A stretch of DNA of 64,000 nucleotides from Thermomicrobiales bacterium. Its GTDB lineage: Bacteria; Chloroflexota; Chloroflexia; Thermomicrobiales; UBA6265. A model generated the notes under the pieces. The model was given only the letters and a program-made list of their open reading frames with translations, made no database searches and was not told the DNA's origin. Where the stretch lies: assembly GCA_019637585.1 (NCBI GenBank), contig JAHBVL010000002.1, positions 380,023 through 444,022 of the forward strand, in the 5' to 3' direction. Shown piece by piece: positions 1-8,934 of the stretch. Within the stretch, counting starts at the first letter, position 1, and each line of letters opens with the position of its first letter. Made by a program: the position numbers and the translations under genes.

Positions 1-696
1 GAGCTCACGCTGGAGATGGTCACCCTCGAAGAGCGGCACTACATGTGGGATGAGTACGCGCCAAATCCCCGCATGCGGAGCAACCTGGGAATCCGGCGCC
101 GGCTCGCTCCACTGCTGGACAACGATCGCGGCCGGATCGAGCTCCTCAACGCGTTGATGCTCTCCCTGCCCGGTTCCCCCTGCATCTACTATGGCGACGA
201 AATCGGCATGGGGGACAACATCTGGCTGCGCGACCGCAATGGCGTCCGCACCCCCATGCAGTGGACATCGGACCGGAATGCCGGCTTCTCCACCGCCGGT
301 CAGCTCTGGGCGCCGGTGATCAACGATCCGCACTTCGGTTTCTTCCACGTCAATGTCTACGACCAGCGGCGTCTGTCGGGCTCGCTGCTCAACTGGACGC
401 GCCGCATTCTGGCGGTGCGAAAGGAGCACCCTGCTTTCGGCCGCGGATCGATGGAGTTCGTGCTGCCCGAGCAGAAAGAGGTGTTGGGATACATCCGCCG
501 CTATCATGAGGATGTCGTCCTGGCCGTCGTCAATCTCTCACCACGGTTCCAGCAGGCGTCGCTCGATCTCTCTCCCTTCCTCGGCGCCACCGTCACCGAT
601 TTGTTCGACCGCTCTCCTTTCCCCGATGTGACTGAATCGGCGTACTCGTTGACTTTGCAGCCCCATGGCTACTACTGGCTTCAGTTGAGCATGTAA
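1..696 (+). CDS. treS: trehalose synthase (TreS), C-terminal part; 5' end is outside the window
   Basis: Frame 1 is open from nt 1 (ELTLEMVTLEERHYMWDEYAP...). GH13/TreS-like motifs 'LPGSPCIYYGDEIGM' and 'RTPMQWT'. Stop TAA at 694-696. Maltokinase starts 4 nt later, as in treS-mak operons. Confidence 0.85.
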   Translation, partial: ELTLEMVTLEERHYMWDEYAPNPRMRSNLGIRRRLAPLLDNDRGRIELLNALMLSLPGSPCIYYGDEIGMGDNIWLRDRNGVRTPMQWTSDRNAGFSTAGQLWAPVINDPHFGFFHVNVYDQRRLSGSLLNWTRRILAVRKEHPAFGRGSMEFVLPEQKEVLGYIRRYHEDVVLAVVNLSPRFQQASLDLSPFLGATVTDLFDRSPFPDVTESAYSLTLQPHGYYWLQLSM

Positions 697-699
697 TCG

Positions 700-2157
700 A
701 TGCGGGACACCGATCTCCGGATTGAAGAGGCAAGCGCCGCGCTCATCGATCGTGTCCGCGTGGAACTGCCGGCAAAGCTCGGTCCGATGATCGAACTACG
801 CCGCTGGTTCGCCGATAAGGATCGGGGTACTCCAACCTTCCGCGTGGCCGACATCGGAGCCGTATCGTTGCCCACCGGCACACTCCTGCCGGTGATCCTG
901 GAGGCGATCTTCGCCACCGGCGAGCCATCCCGCTACTTTCTCCCCCTCCTGACCAGCAAAAAACGTCCCGACGGCGATAGCGGGATAGCGCTTGGCGATG
1001 GCACCTGGCTTGGCGATCCAGTCGGGGAGACCCTCGGCGCCTGGCTCCTGGAGATGATCGCAACGTCGGGCGTCGTGACCCTCGGCGCCGGATCGATCGC
1101 AGCTTCCTCCGCGGCGCAACTGTCGCTTTCGCAGATCAAAGAGCCTGGCAGGCCGGTGGCCGCCGAGCAGAGCAACTCCTCCATCCGCTTCGACTCGATG
1201 ATTGCCAAGGTCTACCGGCGCCTCTCCCCTGGCGTCAATCCCGATGTGGAAGTCGGCGCCTTTTTCACACGCGAGTGTGATGCATCGCCCGTTCCGCGCT
1301 TCCTTGGGTCGCTCTCCTACCGCACTGACGACGCCGAGTACACCCTGGCCATGCTTCAGGAGAAGATCGACTCACCCGAAGACGGATGGTTTCTCCTCGT
1401 CGACGCCTTGCGGACAGGTGACGCCCTCACCGAATCGATCGGTCAAGAACTGGGCGCCCTGACCGCCAGCATGCATCTCGCTCTGAGCAACGAGACGACG
1501 ACGCCCGAGTTCGCCGCAGAGCGAGCAACTCGGGATTCAGTCGAAATGTGGTGCGCCAGCACCACGAGCGCCGCAGAGACGGTCATCGACGCCATCACGT
1601 CGCTTGGCGGCGCCGTCAATGCGTCCGCGGTCGATCTGGCGCGCCGCCTGATCGCCGGTCGGCAGTTTGTGATGGCTTCGATCGACGGCTACCGGATGCT
1701 GGAGGGAGAATCGCTGATTCGCGTCCACGGCGACTATCACCTGGGCCAGGTGTTGCGCGATGGCAATGGCGCCTGGTGGGCTGTCGATTTCGAAGGCGAA
1801 CCACGCCGCCCCATCGCCGAACGGGCGCGCAAGTCATCTCCGCTGAAAGACGTCGCGGGGATGCTCCGCTCATTTTCCTACGCCAGAGCAACGGCTCTGG
1901 GCAATGGCTGGTCGAATCCAGACGCGCTGGCCGCATGGGAGACCCGCACGCGCCAATCGTTCATCGAGAGCTACGTCCGGGCAATCCGCGCGGAACGCCC
2001 GAGCCTTCTCCCCGCATCAGATGCCACGTTGACCGCGGCTCTCACCGCCTGGGAAGTGGATAAAGCCCTCTACGAAGTCCAATACGAACTCTCCAGCCGC
2101 CCCGAATGGTTGTGGGTGCCGTTGCAGTCTATTGTGGAGCGGGTGGAAGGGGGGTGA
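700..2157 (+). CDS. mak: maltokinase (Mak/Pep2; maltose 1-phosphate forming)
   Basis: 485-aa ORF directly after treS. Kinase core 'IRVHGDYHLGQVLRDGNGAWWAVDFEGEPRRP' and C-terminal 'KALYEVQYELSSRPEW' are typical of Pep2-type maltokinases. Confidence 0.8.
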   Translation: MRDTDLRIEEASAALIDRVRVELPAKLGPMIELRRWFADKDRGTPTFRVADIGAVSLPTGTLLPVILEAIFATGEPSRYFLPLLTSKKRPDGDSGIALGDGTWLGDPVGETLGAWLLEMIATSGVVTLGAGSIAASSAAQLSLSQIKEPGRPVAAEQSNSSIRFDSMIAKVYRRLSPGVNPDVEVGAFFTRECDASPVPRFLGSLSYRTDDAEYTLAMLQEKIDSPEDGWFLLVDALRTGDALTESIGQELGALTASMHLALSNETTTPEFAAERATRDSVEMWCASTTSAAETVIDAITSLGGAVNASAVDLARRLIAGRQFVMASIDGYRMLEGESLIRVHGDYHLGQVLRDGNGAWWAVDFEGEPRRPIAERARKSSPLKDVAGMLRSFSYARATALGNGWSNPDALAAWETRTRQSFIESYVRAIRAERPSLLPASDATLTAALTAWEVDKALYEVQYELSSRPEWLWVPLQSIVERVEGG

Positions 2158-2159
2158 AC

Positions 2160-2215
2160 GGTAACTGGTAACTGGTAACTGGTAACTGGCAACTAGTTAC
2201 TGGTGCATGGTGCAT
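2160..2215. repeat. heptanucleotide tandem array: (GGTAACT)x4 perfect plus 4 degenerate units (GGCAACT, AGTTACT, GGTGCAT x2)
   Basis: Read directly: ggtaactggtaactggtaactggtaactggcaactagttactggtgcatggtgcat. Starts 3 nt after the mak stop. The unit AGTTACT is the inverse of GTAACT and gives a fold-back point. Confidence 0.9.
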
Positions 2216-2254
2216 AGAACGGTAACGCTCCGCAGGAAACCCCTTCCCCCAGTC

Positions 2255-2290
2255 GCCCTTTGCCTATCGCCCTTTGCCCTTTGCCTAACT
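2255..2290. repeat. heptanucleotide tandem array (GCCCTTT / CCCTTTG type, 3 perfect + 2 degenerate units)
   Basis: gccctttgcctatcgccctttgccctttgcctaact. Overlaps the stop codon (2285-2287) of the convergent GH57 gene. The same unit recurs at 62701-62754. Confidence 0.9.
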
Positions 2291-3979
2291 CCCCGCCCTC
2301 CCCTGCCGCTCCGCGAAATCAGCTGGATCGATCGCCGGGAAGGGATTGTCCCGTTCGGCGAGGGAGGTGAGCATCTCCTGGGCTTCGACTGAATCGCAGG
2401 CATCCTGCTCGATCAGGGCGGCCAGGCGATTGAATCGCTCCAGGTGTTCGACGAAGCGCTCAGAGGCATATTCCTTGGCCTGACCCGTGGTTACCAGGAA
2501 TGGCCAGTCGCTGCTCTGCAACAACAGAAGCTCTCGCGCGGCCTGATCGATGAATGCATCGAGCCTGCCGGGGTTCGCGGCGCCGGTGGCAGCCAGCCCT
2601 TCCATGCGGCTCTCCGCCCCATGAATGAGCGGCCACATCCACTTGGTGTCGACGTTCATCCAGGTGAAGTGCCCACCGCCGGCTCCCCAGCTCGACTCAG
2701 GCAGGTTGAGCACCCGGTCGGGCGGATGTTGCTCGACGATGCCGCTCGCCGTCGTCAGCTCGATGCGCTGGTTCGCGGCCAGATTGCGCAGCACTTCCTT
2801 CAGCCAGTCGACCCCCTCGAACCACCAGTGGCCGAACAGCTCCGTGTCGTAGGCGGCGCTAATCACTCCAAACTCGCCGCCGGTGCGAGCCGCATAGCCA
2901 GCGAGAAGCTCATCGACCAGACCCGCGAAATGCCGGGCGTGATCGCGCACCCGTTCCTGGGCACGCTGTGGCTCGTAGAAGGGCTTGTAGGCGAGATCGA
3001 GACCCGCGCCGCCGACACGCCAGTACTGGAGCCCCGACACCCCGTCCTTCTTGTGGAACTCCCGGTACCAGAAGTCGCCCGGATAGCCGAAGGTCGCCGA
3101 CCAGACCTGCTGACCAGAGTCGTTGTTCCTGGCAAGAACGGCAACCTGTCCTGGTGCGTCGCCAACCCAGTAGGGTTTGAATGTCGTGGCGGGTTCCGCC
3201 TGTTCGTGCGGTTCCAGCGCGATCGAGTAGCGTCGCTGCACCTCGCCATATGGCCCAATCGCTTCACCCGCCGCTTTGCCGACCGGATTGCCCCCTTCGA
3301 CGGTGTGCGTTTCGCTGAAGAAGACCCGGATTCCCTGAGCGGCGAGGAACGACTCGATACCCGGACGCCGCGTCTCGCCTTCGTAGAACGCGGGACGATA
3401 GGCGCATTCCGGCAGCCAGATCGCTTTCGGCTTGACGCCGAAGTGTCGCTCGTGCGCAGCAACCCCGGTGGCCAGCTGACCATGGATCGACGAGTCGCGC
3501 GACAACAGCGGCAGATATCCGTGCGTCGCTGCAGAGGTCGAGATCTCGACCAGACCGCGCCGCTGCAGTTCAGCCAGAGCGCCAAGAATGTCCCGCTTGA
3601 AACGGTCGTTGAACGAAGTCAGTATCCGGGCATAGAGATGATGGTAGTAGCGGGCCAGGTCGCGAAGCGCTGTTTCCCCCGACTCGCTGAATCGCTGCAC
3701 ATCCTCGGCGGCCCACGCCGACCGCTCGGCCGCGTAGTGGACGAAGTGCTCCACGATCAATGGATCGGCGAGCTGCTCGGCCAGGATCGGCGTGACGCTC
3801 ACCGTCAGCTTGTAGTCGATTCCCTCCTCGGCGAGGTCGTAGAGCGCGTTGAGGAGCGGCAGATAGGTTTCGGCGATGGCTTCATGGATCCACTCCTCGC
3901 CGTGGGGCCACATCCCGGCCTGCCGGGCGTACGGAATGTGCGAGTGGAGGACAAAGGTGAACGCGCCGATACTGGTCAT
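2285..3979 (-). CDS. GH57-family alpha-glucan branching-type enzyme
   Basis: The ORF is open to 4159, but the recognisable protein starts at ATG 3979 (MTSIGAFTFVLHSHIPYARQAGMWPHGEEWIHEAIAETYLPLLNAL), the canonical GH57 N-terminus. About 565 aa. Confidence 0.8.
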   Translation of the reverse strand: MTSIGAFTFVLHSHIPYARQAGMWPHGEEWIHEAIAETYLPLLNALYDLAEEGIDYKLTVSVTPILAEQLADPLIVEHFVHYAAERSAWAAEDVQRFSESGETALRDLARYYHHLYARILTSFNDRFKRDILGALAELQRRGLVEISTSAATHGYLPLLSRDSSIHGQLATGVAAHERHFGVKPKAIWLPECAYRPAFYEGETRRPGIESFLAAQGIRVFFSETHTVEGGNPVGKAAGEAIGPYGEVQRRYSIALEPHEQAEPATTFKPYWVGDAPGQVAVLARNNDSGQQVWSATFGYPGDFWYREFHKKDGVSGLQYWRVGGAGLDLAYKPFYEPQRAQERVRDHARHFAGLVDELLAGYAARTGGEFGVISAAYDTELFGHWWFEGVDWLKEVLRNLAANQRIELTTASGIVEQHPPDRVLNLPESSWGAGGGHFTWMNVDTKWMWPLIHGAESRMEGLAATGAANPGRLDAFIDQAARELLLLQSSDWPFLVTTGQAKEYASERFVEHLERFNRLAALIEQDACDSVEAQEMLTSLAERDNPFPAIDPADFAERQGRAGS

Positions 3980-4061
3980 GGCAACCCCACTTTGGGCGAC
4001 ACGGCCCGCGATGTCGCTGAAGGCAACTGATCGTAGTCTAATCTGCTGATTGCCGGCCCCA

Positions 4062-5633
4062 TCAAGCGCCAGGCTCGTGGAGCGGATGTGCCGCTCCAGG
4101 CACGCTGTAGTCGTATGGGTCGAATCCCTGCGACGGAGGATCCATCGCAGCGCGGCCATAGGTGGCGGTCAGATCGGCGAGTCCGTCGGCCAGTCCGTCG
4201 TGGAGCTGGTGTTCCAGATAGCGCCATCCCCAGTTCCCGGATGGGAGCCCCGGAGTGTTCATGCGGGCTTCGTCGCTGAGACGCATCACATCCTGAAGTG
4301 GGCAGATCGCCAGATCGGCGACCGATGCCAGCGCCTGCCGCATCAGGTCCCAGGCGATGTCGGAGCCGTCCGTACCCAGATACCCCTGCACGAAACGCCG
4401 CTGGTGATCGTTGAGTCCGCTGAACCAGCCGATCGTCGTCTGGTTGTCATGCGTGCCCGGGTAGACTGCGCAGTTCGGTTCGAAATTGTGGGGGAGGTAG
4501 CTGTTGCGGGGATCACCATCAAACGCGAATTGGAGCACTTTCATGCCGGGCATATCCAGATTCCGTCGCAGGGCATGAACATCCGGGGTGATCAATCCAA
4601 GATCTTCCAGGATGAACCGGGCCTCGTGCGCTTGATCGATTGCCGATAAAAGCGCCTCCCCCGGTCCTCGCTCCCAGCGGCCACCCCGCGCTGTATCATC
4701 GCCGGCGGGCACAACCCATCCGGCAGCAAATCCCCGAAAATGATCGATCCGAATGATGTCGACCAGCTCGAACGTCCCTTCGACCCGCTCTCGCCACCAC
4801 CGGAAGCCATCCTGGGCCATTCTCGGCCAGTCGAAGAGCGGGTTGCCCCACAGCTGGCCATCGACGGAGAAGTAATCGGGCGGCACCCCGGTGACCACCG
4901 TCGGCCGGCCCTCGTCATCCAGCCGGAATTCGTCCTGGTTGGCCCAGACATCGACGCTGTCCGCGGCGACGTAGATGGGGATGTCGCCGACGATTCGGAT
5001 ACCGCGGTCATTGGCGTAGCGCTTCAACGCGAGCCACTGATCGCGAAAGACGAACTGGGCGAACTCATGGAACGCGATCTGTTCGGCCAGATCGATGCGC
5101 GCGGCGATCATCGCTTCCGGCGAGCGCTTCCGCAGTTCCTGGGGCCATTCCAGCCAGTGCACATTGCCTTGCGACTCTTTCAGCGCCATGAAGAGCGCAA
5201 AGTCGCTCAGCCACGGACCTTCCTGCTCGCGAAATCGCTCGAACGCCTGCCAGTCGAATGGTGCGCCCGGCTCGCGCGCCCGCCGAAAGGCGTCCCACAG
5301 GAGGGTGGACTTGAAGTGGGCAACGTCGTCGAAACTCACCTCATGGTCGGGAAATGGAACGAGCGGCGTGAGCTGGATATCGGTGAGCAATCCCTGGTCG
5401 CGCAACAGATCGAGCGAGATCAGCAGTGGATTACCGGCAAACGCCGACGGCGATGCGTAGGGCGAATTGCCGTAGCCCGTTGGACCAAGCGGCAGCACTT
5501 GCCAGAGACGTTGACGGCCCCGCTCCAGCCAATCGACGAATCGATATGCCTGGGCGCCGAGATCGCCGACGCCATGAGGACCGGGAAAGGATGTTGGATG
5601 CAGGAGAATGCCGGAGCTTCGGTCAAAACGCAC
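4062..5633 (-). CDS. malQ: 4-alpha-glucanotransferase (amylomaltase)
   Basis: N-terminus MRFDRSSGILLHPTSFPGPHGVGDLG...WQVLPLGPTGYGNSPY is the GH77 MalQ signature. 523 aa. Confidence 0.9.
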   Translation of the reverse strand: MRFDRSSGILLHPTSFPGPHGVGDLGAQAYRFVDWLERGRQRLWQVLPLGPTGYGNSPYASPSAFAGNPLLISLDLLRDQGLLTDIQLTPLVPFPDHEVSFDDVAHFKSTLLWDAFRRAREPGAPFDWQAFERFREQEGPWLSDFALFMALKESQGNVHWLEWPQELRKRSPEAMIAARIDLAEQIAFHEFAQFVFRDQWLALKRYANDRGIRIVGDIPIYVAADSVDVWANQDEFRLDDEGRPTVVTGVPPDYFSVDGQLWGNPLFDWPRMAQDGFRWWRERVEGTFELVDIIRIDHFRGFAAGWVVPAGDDTARGGRWERGPGEALLSAIDQAHEARFILEDLGLITPDVHALRRNLDMPGMKVLQFAFDGDPRNSYLPHNFEPNCAVYPGTHDNQTTIGWFSGLNDHQRRFVQGYLGTDGSDIAWDLMRQALASVADLAICPLQDVMRLSDEARMNTPGLPSGNWGWRYLEHQLHDGLADGLADLTATYGRAAMDPPSQGFDPYDYSVPGAAHPLHEPGA

Positions 5634-5666
5634 GTTCGCTCTCCCAACGGCTCACGACGTCGCCGT

Positions 5667-6671
5667 CTACGGTTCTTCCAGCGAGTCTCGCAGGATATCC
5701 ATGTGTTCCAGCGCAAGACCAGTGCCCACGGCAACACAGGAGAGCGGATCGTCCGCGACATAGCAGGGCACGCCGGTCACCTCGGTGAGGAGATCGGGCA
5801 GATGGCGCAACAACGCACCGCCACCGGTGAGGATCATGCCCTTGTCGATGATGTCCGAGGAGAGTTCCGGCGGCGTCTCTTCGAGCACGCCACGCACCGC
5901 TCCGATGATTGCTTCCAGCGGCTCGGTGATGGCGTCGGTCACCTCATTGGCGTGAATCTGGATGGTGCGAGGCAAACCAGCGACTTCGTCACGGCCCCGC
6001 ACTTCCATGACGGCATCGTCTTCCATCGGCATCGCGCTGCCGATGGCGATCTTCACCTCTTCCGCCGACCGCTCGCCGACCCGGAGGTTGTACTTCCGCT
6101 TGATGTGGTTGGCGATGGCTTCGTCGAACTTGCTGCCGCCGACCCGCAGTGACCGGGCCACGACGATGCCATTCAGCGAGATGACCGCAACCTCGGTCGT
6201 TCCGCCGCCGATGTCGATGATCATGTTGCCGGATGGGTCGGCGACTGGAATTCGGGCGCCGATCGCCGCCGCGAGCGGCTCGCTGATCAGAAACGCCTTG
6301 CGGGCGCCGGCATTGAGCGCGGCATCGCGCACCGCGCGACGCTCCACACCAGTCACGCCTGCTGGTACGCAGATCATCACTTCCGGGCGGACCAGCGAAA
6401 AGCGGCCACAGCTCTTGTTGATGAAGTAGCGGAGCATCTCCTGGGTGACCACATAGTCGGCGATCACGCCATCGCGCATCGGCCGCACGACCTCGATCGT
6501 TTCCCGCGGTTCGCGGCCGAGCATATTGCGGGCTTCGATGCCGACTGCTTTGACCTTGCCGTCCTTGGCCGAAATAGCGACGACCGACGGCTCGTTGATG
6601 ACGATGCCGCGCCCACGAACGAAGACCAGCACGTTGGCCGTGCCCAGGTCAATTCCGATTTGTTTCGCCAC
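5667..6671 (-). CDS. mreB: rod shape-determining protein MreB
   Basis: [33 protein letters not shown]... actin-fold MreB; 334 aa. Confidence 0.95.
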   Translation of the reverse strand: MAKQIGIDLGTANVLVFVRGRGIVINEPSVVAISAKDGKVKAVGIEARNMLGREPRETIEVVRPMRDGVIADYVVTQEMLRYFINKSCGRFSLVRPEVMICVPAGVTGVERRAVRDAALNAGARKAFLISEPLAAAIGARIPVADPSGNMIIDIGGGTTEVAVISLNGIVVARSLRVGGSKFDEAIANHIKRKYNLRVGERSAEEVKIAIGSAMPMEDDAVMEVRGRDEVAGLPRTIQIHANEVTDAITEPLEAIIGAVRGVLEETPPELSSDIIDKGMILTGGGALLRHLPDLLTEVTGVPCYVADDPLSCVAVGTGLALEHMDILRDSLEEP

Positions 6672-6784
6672 TCGCTGGAGCTCCGACGACAGGGTGCTGG
6701 TAGGATTGCGATTGCACGCTCGCGCAGGATCGTTTTGCGTGATGCGAGATCGACCAGCGATTCTACCACGCGGTTTTCAGGTCA

Positions 6785-7135
6785 ATGATGTCAGAACAGC
6801 CCAACGAATCACTCCCGGCCCCTGAATCCTCTCCCTCACACGAGGGTCAGGTGCAAACGTCTGAAGAACGCAAACCATCACAGCGCGGCCAGGGCCGGCA
6901 AAAACGCGGCGGTCGCGGTCGGTCGGCATACACCTTTCCCGACGATCTCGAACGCTCCTTCTGCCGGAACGCTACCCGCGTTCCCCCCGCGTCATTTCCA
7001 GTCGCGGCACGGGGCGGAGCCGCTCGACCGGCGATGGTCGAATTGGCCCGCACGGAGACCAGGGTCCTCTTCTGCGATCTCCTGCACGAGGGTCCGCATA
7101 TGTGGCCCGACGGCGAAGAGTTCTCTCCTTCCTGA
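6785..7135 (+). CDS. hypothetical protein (weak call)
   Basis: Only sizeable ORF in the 765-nt mreB/GGDEF gap. Arg/Gly-rich, with no recognisable domain. May be non-coding. Confidence 0.2.
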   Translation: MMSEQPNESLPAPESSPSHEGQVQTSEERKPSQRGQGRQKRGGRGRSAYTFPDDLERSFCRNATRVPPASFPVAARGGAARPAMVELARTETRVLFCDLLHEGPHMWPDGEEFSPS

Positions 7136-7151
7136 GCCACCGTGCCGGGCT

Positions 7152-7181
7152 CCAGCGCCAGCGCCAGCGCCAGCGCCAGCG
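7152..7181. repeat. hexanucleotide tandem repeat (CCAGCG)x5
   Basis: ccagcgccagcgccagcgccagcgccagcg read directly. Confidence 0.9.
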
Positions 7182-7200
7182 CGCGGCATGAAAAAGCACC

Positions 7201-7304
7201 GTCATCCTGAGCGAAGCGAAGGATCTCCTGCCGCAGCAGTCTTCGGGGAGACGACGGTCGCGGCAGGAGATGACGGCGAGATCCTTCACTTCGTTCAGGA
7301 TGAC
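7201..7304. repeat. ~104-nt palindromic (hairpin-forming) repeat element of the 'HPERSEGS / EILxFxQDD' type
   Basis: Arm gtcatcctgagcgaagcgaaggatctc (7201-7227) is the inverted complement of gagatccttcacttcgttcaggatgac (7278-7304) with 2 changes. An inner stem is ctcctgccgc / gcggcaggag. Spurious translations (HPERSEGS; EILHFVQDD; SFASLRMT) are ones I recognise from many unrelated genomes. Confidence 0.8.
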
Positions 7305-7377
7305 GGTCGTGTTTCTACGGGCACCCATACAGACGTTTTCACTGCAGCAAATCAGGACTTCTGGTTCCTCTTTCCGC

Positions 7378-7407
7378 TTGACGGTTCGCTCTAAGACTCC
7401 CTAGTCT
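7378..7407 (+). promoter_or_regulatory. candidate sigma70-type promoter for the GGDEF gene (TTGACG-18 nt-TAGTCT)
   Basis: Sequence pattern only; lies 30 nt upstream of the ORF start. Confidence 0.3.
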
Positions 7408-7436
7408 CGATCACCGGTCATTCTGCTGGCCGGTCG

Positions 7437-8933
7437 TTGCGGCATGGAATCCAAGTGGACCTGCACTACCCCGATCTGACAAGGCATTCACCCTGGATGA
7501 ACCCGCCAGGGATCGCAGTCGTCGCGACCATCGCCGCCGGAGCCCTCCTGCTCGTCCGGGCGGAAGGATCGACCGGCACTTTGGTGATGCTTGCCGCTGC
7601 TTTGGCGGTCGCCGCCGCGCATCTGGTGATGTCAGTTGCGACCGCTGATCGCACCGCCCCACGCTCGACGCAGGTGGCAGCCATCGGCGCACCGGTTTTC
7701 GGTCTGGCCGGCCTTGCCTGGATTCTGGCGGGAGCTATCACCGGCAGCGATGCCAGTCCACTTCGGGATGGGGCGTTGCTCGTTCTGGCCGGCTGCTTCA
7801 TGCTGGCGCTCTCGTTCGTCGCACACGCGCCGCGTGAATGGCTCGTCGCATTCACCGTCGCAGCCGCGGTACCCGGCGCGTGGCTCATGCTCGCGCCCGA
7901 TGCGCATGACGCCAGCGGGTCGTTTCGAGCGGTCGCGGCGCTCGCCGCCATCGGCGGGCTCTCGATGACGACATTCCCCGCGGTCCAGCTGACGACATCA
8001 CGGACGGTCTCCGGAAACGAGCAGGGTCTCAAAAGCTCGCTCTTCTGGTTCACAAGCGGTCTTTCCCTGGTTCTGCTGTCGAGCGCTCTGATGACCCGAG
8101 ACGACCAATGGCAGGCCTGGCACCTGCCGCTGCTGGCGCTCTCCCAGTTGGTTCTCGGGCTGGACCGATCCGACCGGCGCTCCGCTCGGCCATCCGAACG
8201 ATCCACGGCGTTCCTCGACGCATTTCCGGTCTGGGCCGGGATCATGGGATCGCTCTTCCTGGCGGTTGCCGCAGCAGCCTGGACGATGGCCGCGGAAGAA
8301 TCGCGCGAGCGGTCAGGCGTGGTGGTGCTCGCGGTGGTCGTGGTCGTCGTCTACACAACAACGCTCTCGATCTCTGGATTGATGCGATCGTCGACCATGA
8401 ACCAGCTCTCCGGATACGCCGCGACCCTCCTTCGCCAAAGCCGCACCGATCCGCTCACCGGCCTGGCCAACAGGCGAGCGATCGAGGAGCGCTTCTCGGC
8501 CGAGCTGCAGCGAGCGGCCAGATTCAATCATCCGCTCTCGATTGGCATGATCGACATCGACGACTTCAAGGCGATCAACGATACGTGGGGGCATCAGTCG
8601 GGTGACGACGTCCTCCGGCACGTCGCTCACCGCCTCGAGCTGGAGCTTCGCCAGATCGATGTTGTGGGCCGGTACGGCGGCGAGGAATTCCTGATGCTGC
8701 TGCCGGAAACAGCCGTCGAAGGCGCCTGGATCGCGGCCGACAGAGTGGTCCGCTCCATTCGCGAGATGGCGCCGCAGGGTGCGGGAGAACCGCGCTCGGT
8801 GACGATCAGCATCGGGCTGGCGTCCTTTCCCGACCATGGCCGGTCGGAAGCCGATTTGATCGCCGCCACCGACGCCGCCCTCTATGCGGCCAAACGAGCC
8901 GGGAAGAATCAGGTCGCTGTCGCGGAGCGGTGA
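7437..8933 (+). CDS. membrane-anchored diguanylate cyclase (GGDEF domain; GGEEF active site)
   Basis: Multi-TM N-terminal half. C-terminal 'LTGLANRRAIEERF...IDIDDFKAINDTWGHQSGDDVL...GRYGGEEFLMLLPE'. Start is either TTG 7437 or ATG 7497. Confidence 0.85.
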   Translation: MRHGIQVDLHYPDLTRHSPWMNPPGIAVVATIAAGALLLVRAEGSTGTLVMLAAALAVAAAHLVMSVATADRTAPRSTQVAAIGAPVFGLAGLAWILAGAITGSDASPLRDGALLVLAGCFMLALSFVAHAPREWLVAFTVAAAVPGAWLMLAPDAHDASGSFRAVAALAAIGGLSMTTFPAVQLTTSRTVSGNEQGLKSSLFWFTSGLSLVLLSSALMTRDDQWQAWHLPLLALSQLVLGLDRSDRRSARPSERSTAFLDAFPVWAGIMGSLFLAVAAAAWTMAAEESRERSGVVVLAVVVVVVYTTTLSISGLMRSSTMNQLSGYAATLLRQSRTDPLTGLANRRAIEERFSAELQRAARFNHPLSIGMIDIDDFKAINDTWGHQSGDDVLRHVAHRLELELRQIDVVGRYGGEEFLMLLPETAVEGAWIAADRVVRSIREMAPQGAGEPRSVTISIGLASFPDHGRSEADLIAATDAALYAAKRAGKNQVAVAER

Positions 8934-8934
8934 C

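Noticed and set aside
2160-2290. Short tandem repeats considered as a possible CRISPR array (also 25584-25720, 29603-29679 and 62701-62754)
   Set aside because: The units are 7 nt and directly abutting, with no unique spacers, and no cas genes are in the window. They are microsatellite-like arrays, not CRISPR.
3980-4159. N-terminal extensions implied by the longest-ORF coordinates. Examples: GH57 to 4159, LLM to 9864, radC to 10595, trmH to 15132, pstS to 20581, ctp to 22202, iolD from 42491, serpin from 49747, dmpA to 56728 and carboxyltransferase to 61073
   Set aside because: The extensions are Arg/Pro-rich, overlap neighbouring genes or regulatory hairpins, and precede obvious canonical N-termini or signal peptides. 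Internal starts were chosen instead, and several give ATGA/GTGA/TGATG coupling overlaps.
2444-6152. Long antisense ORFs (2444-4030 +, 4740-6152 +) opposite the GH57, malQ and mreB genes
   Set aside because: These are typical high-GC shadow ORFs. Their translations are Arg/Ala/Pro-rich with no motifs, whereas the opposite strand encodes clearly recognisable enzymes.
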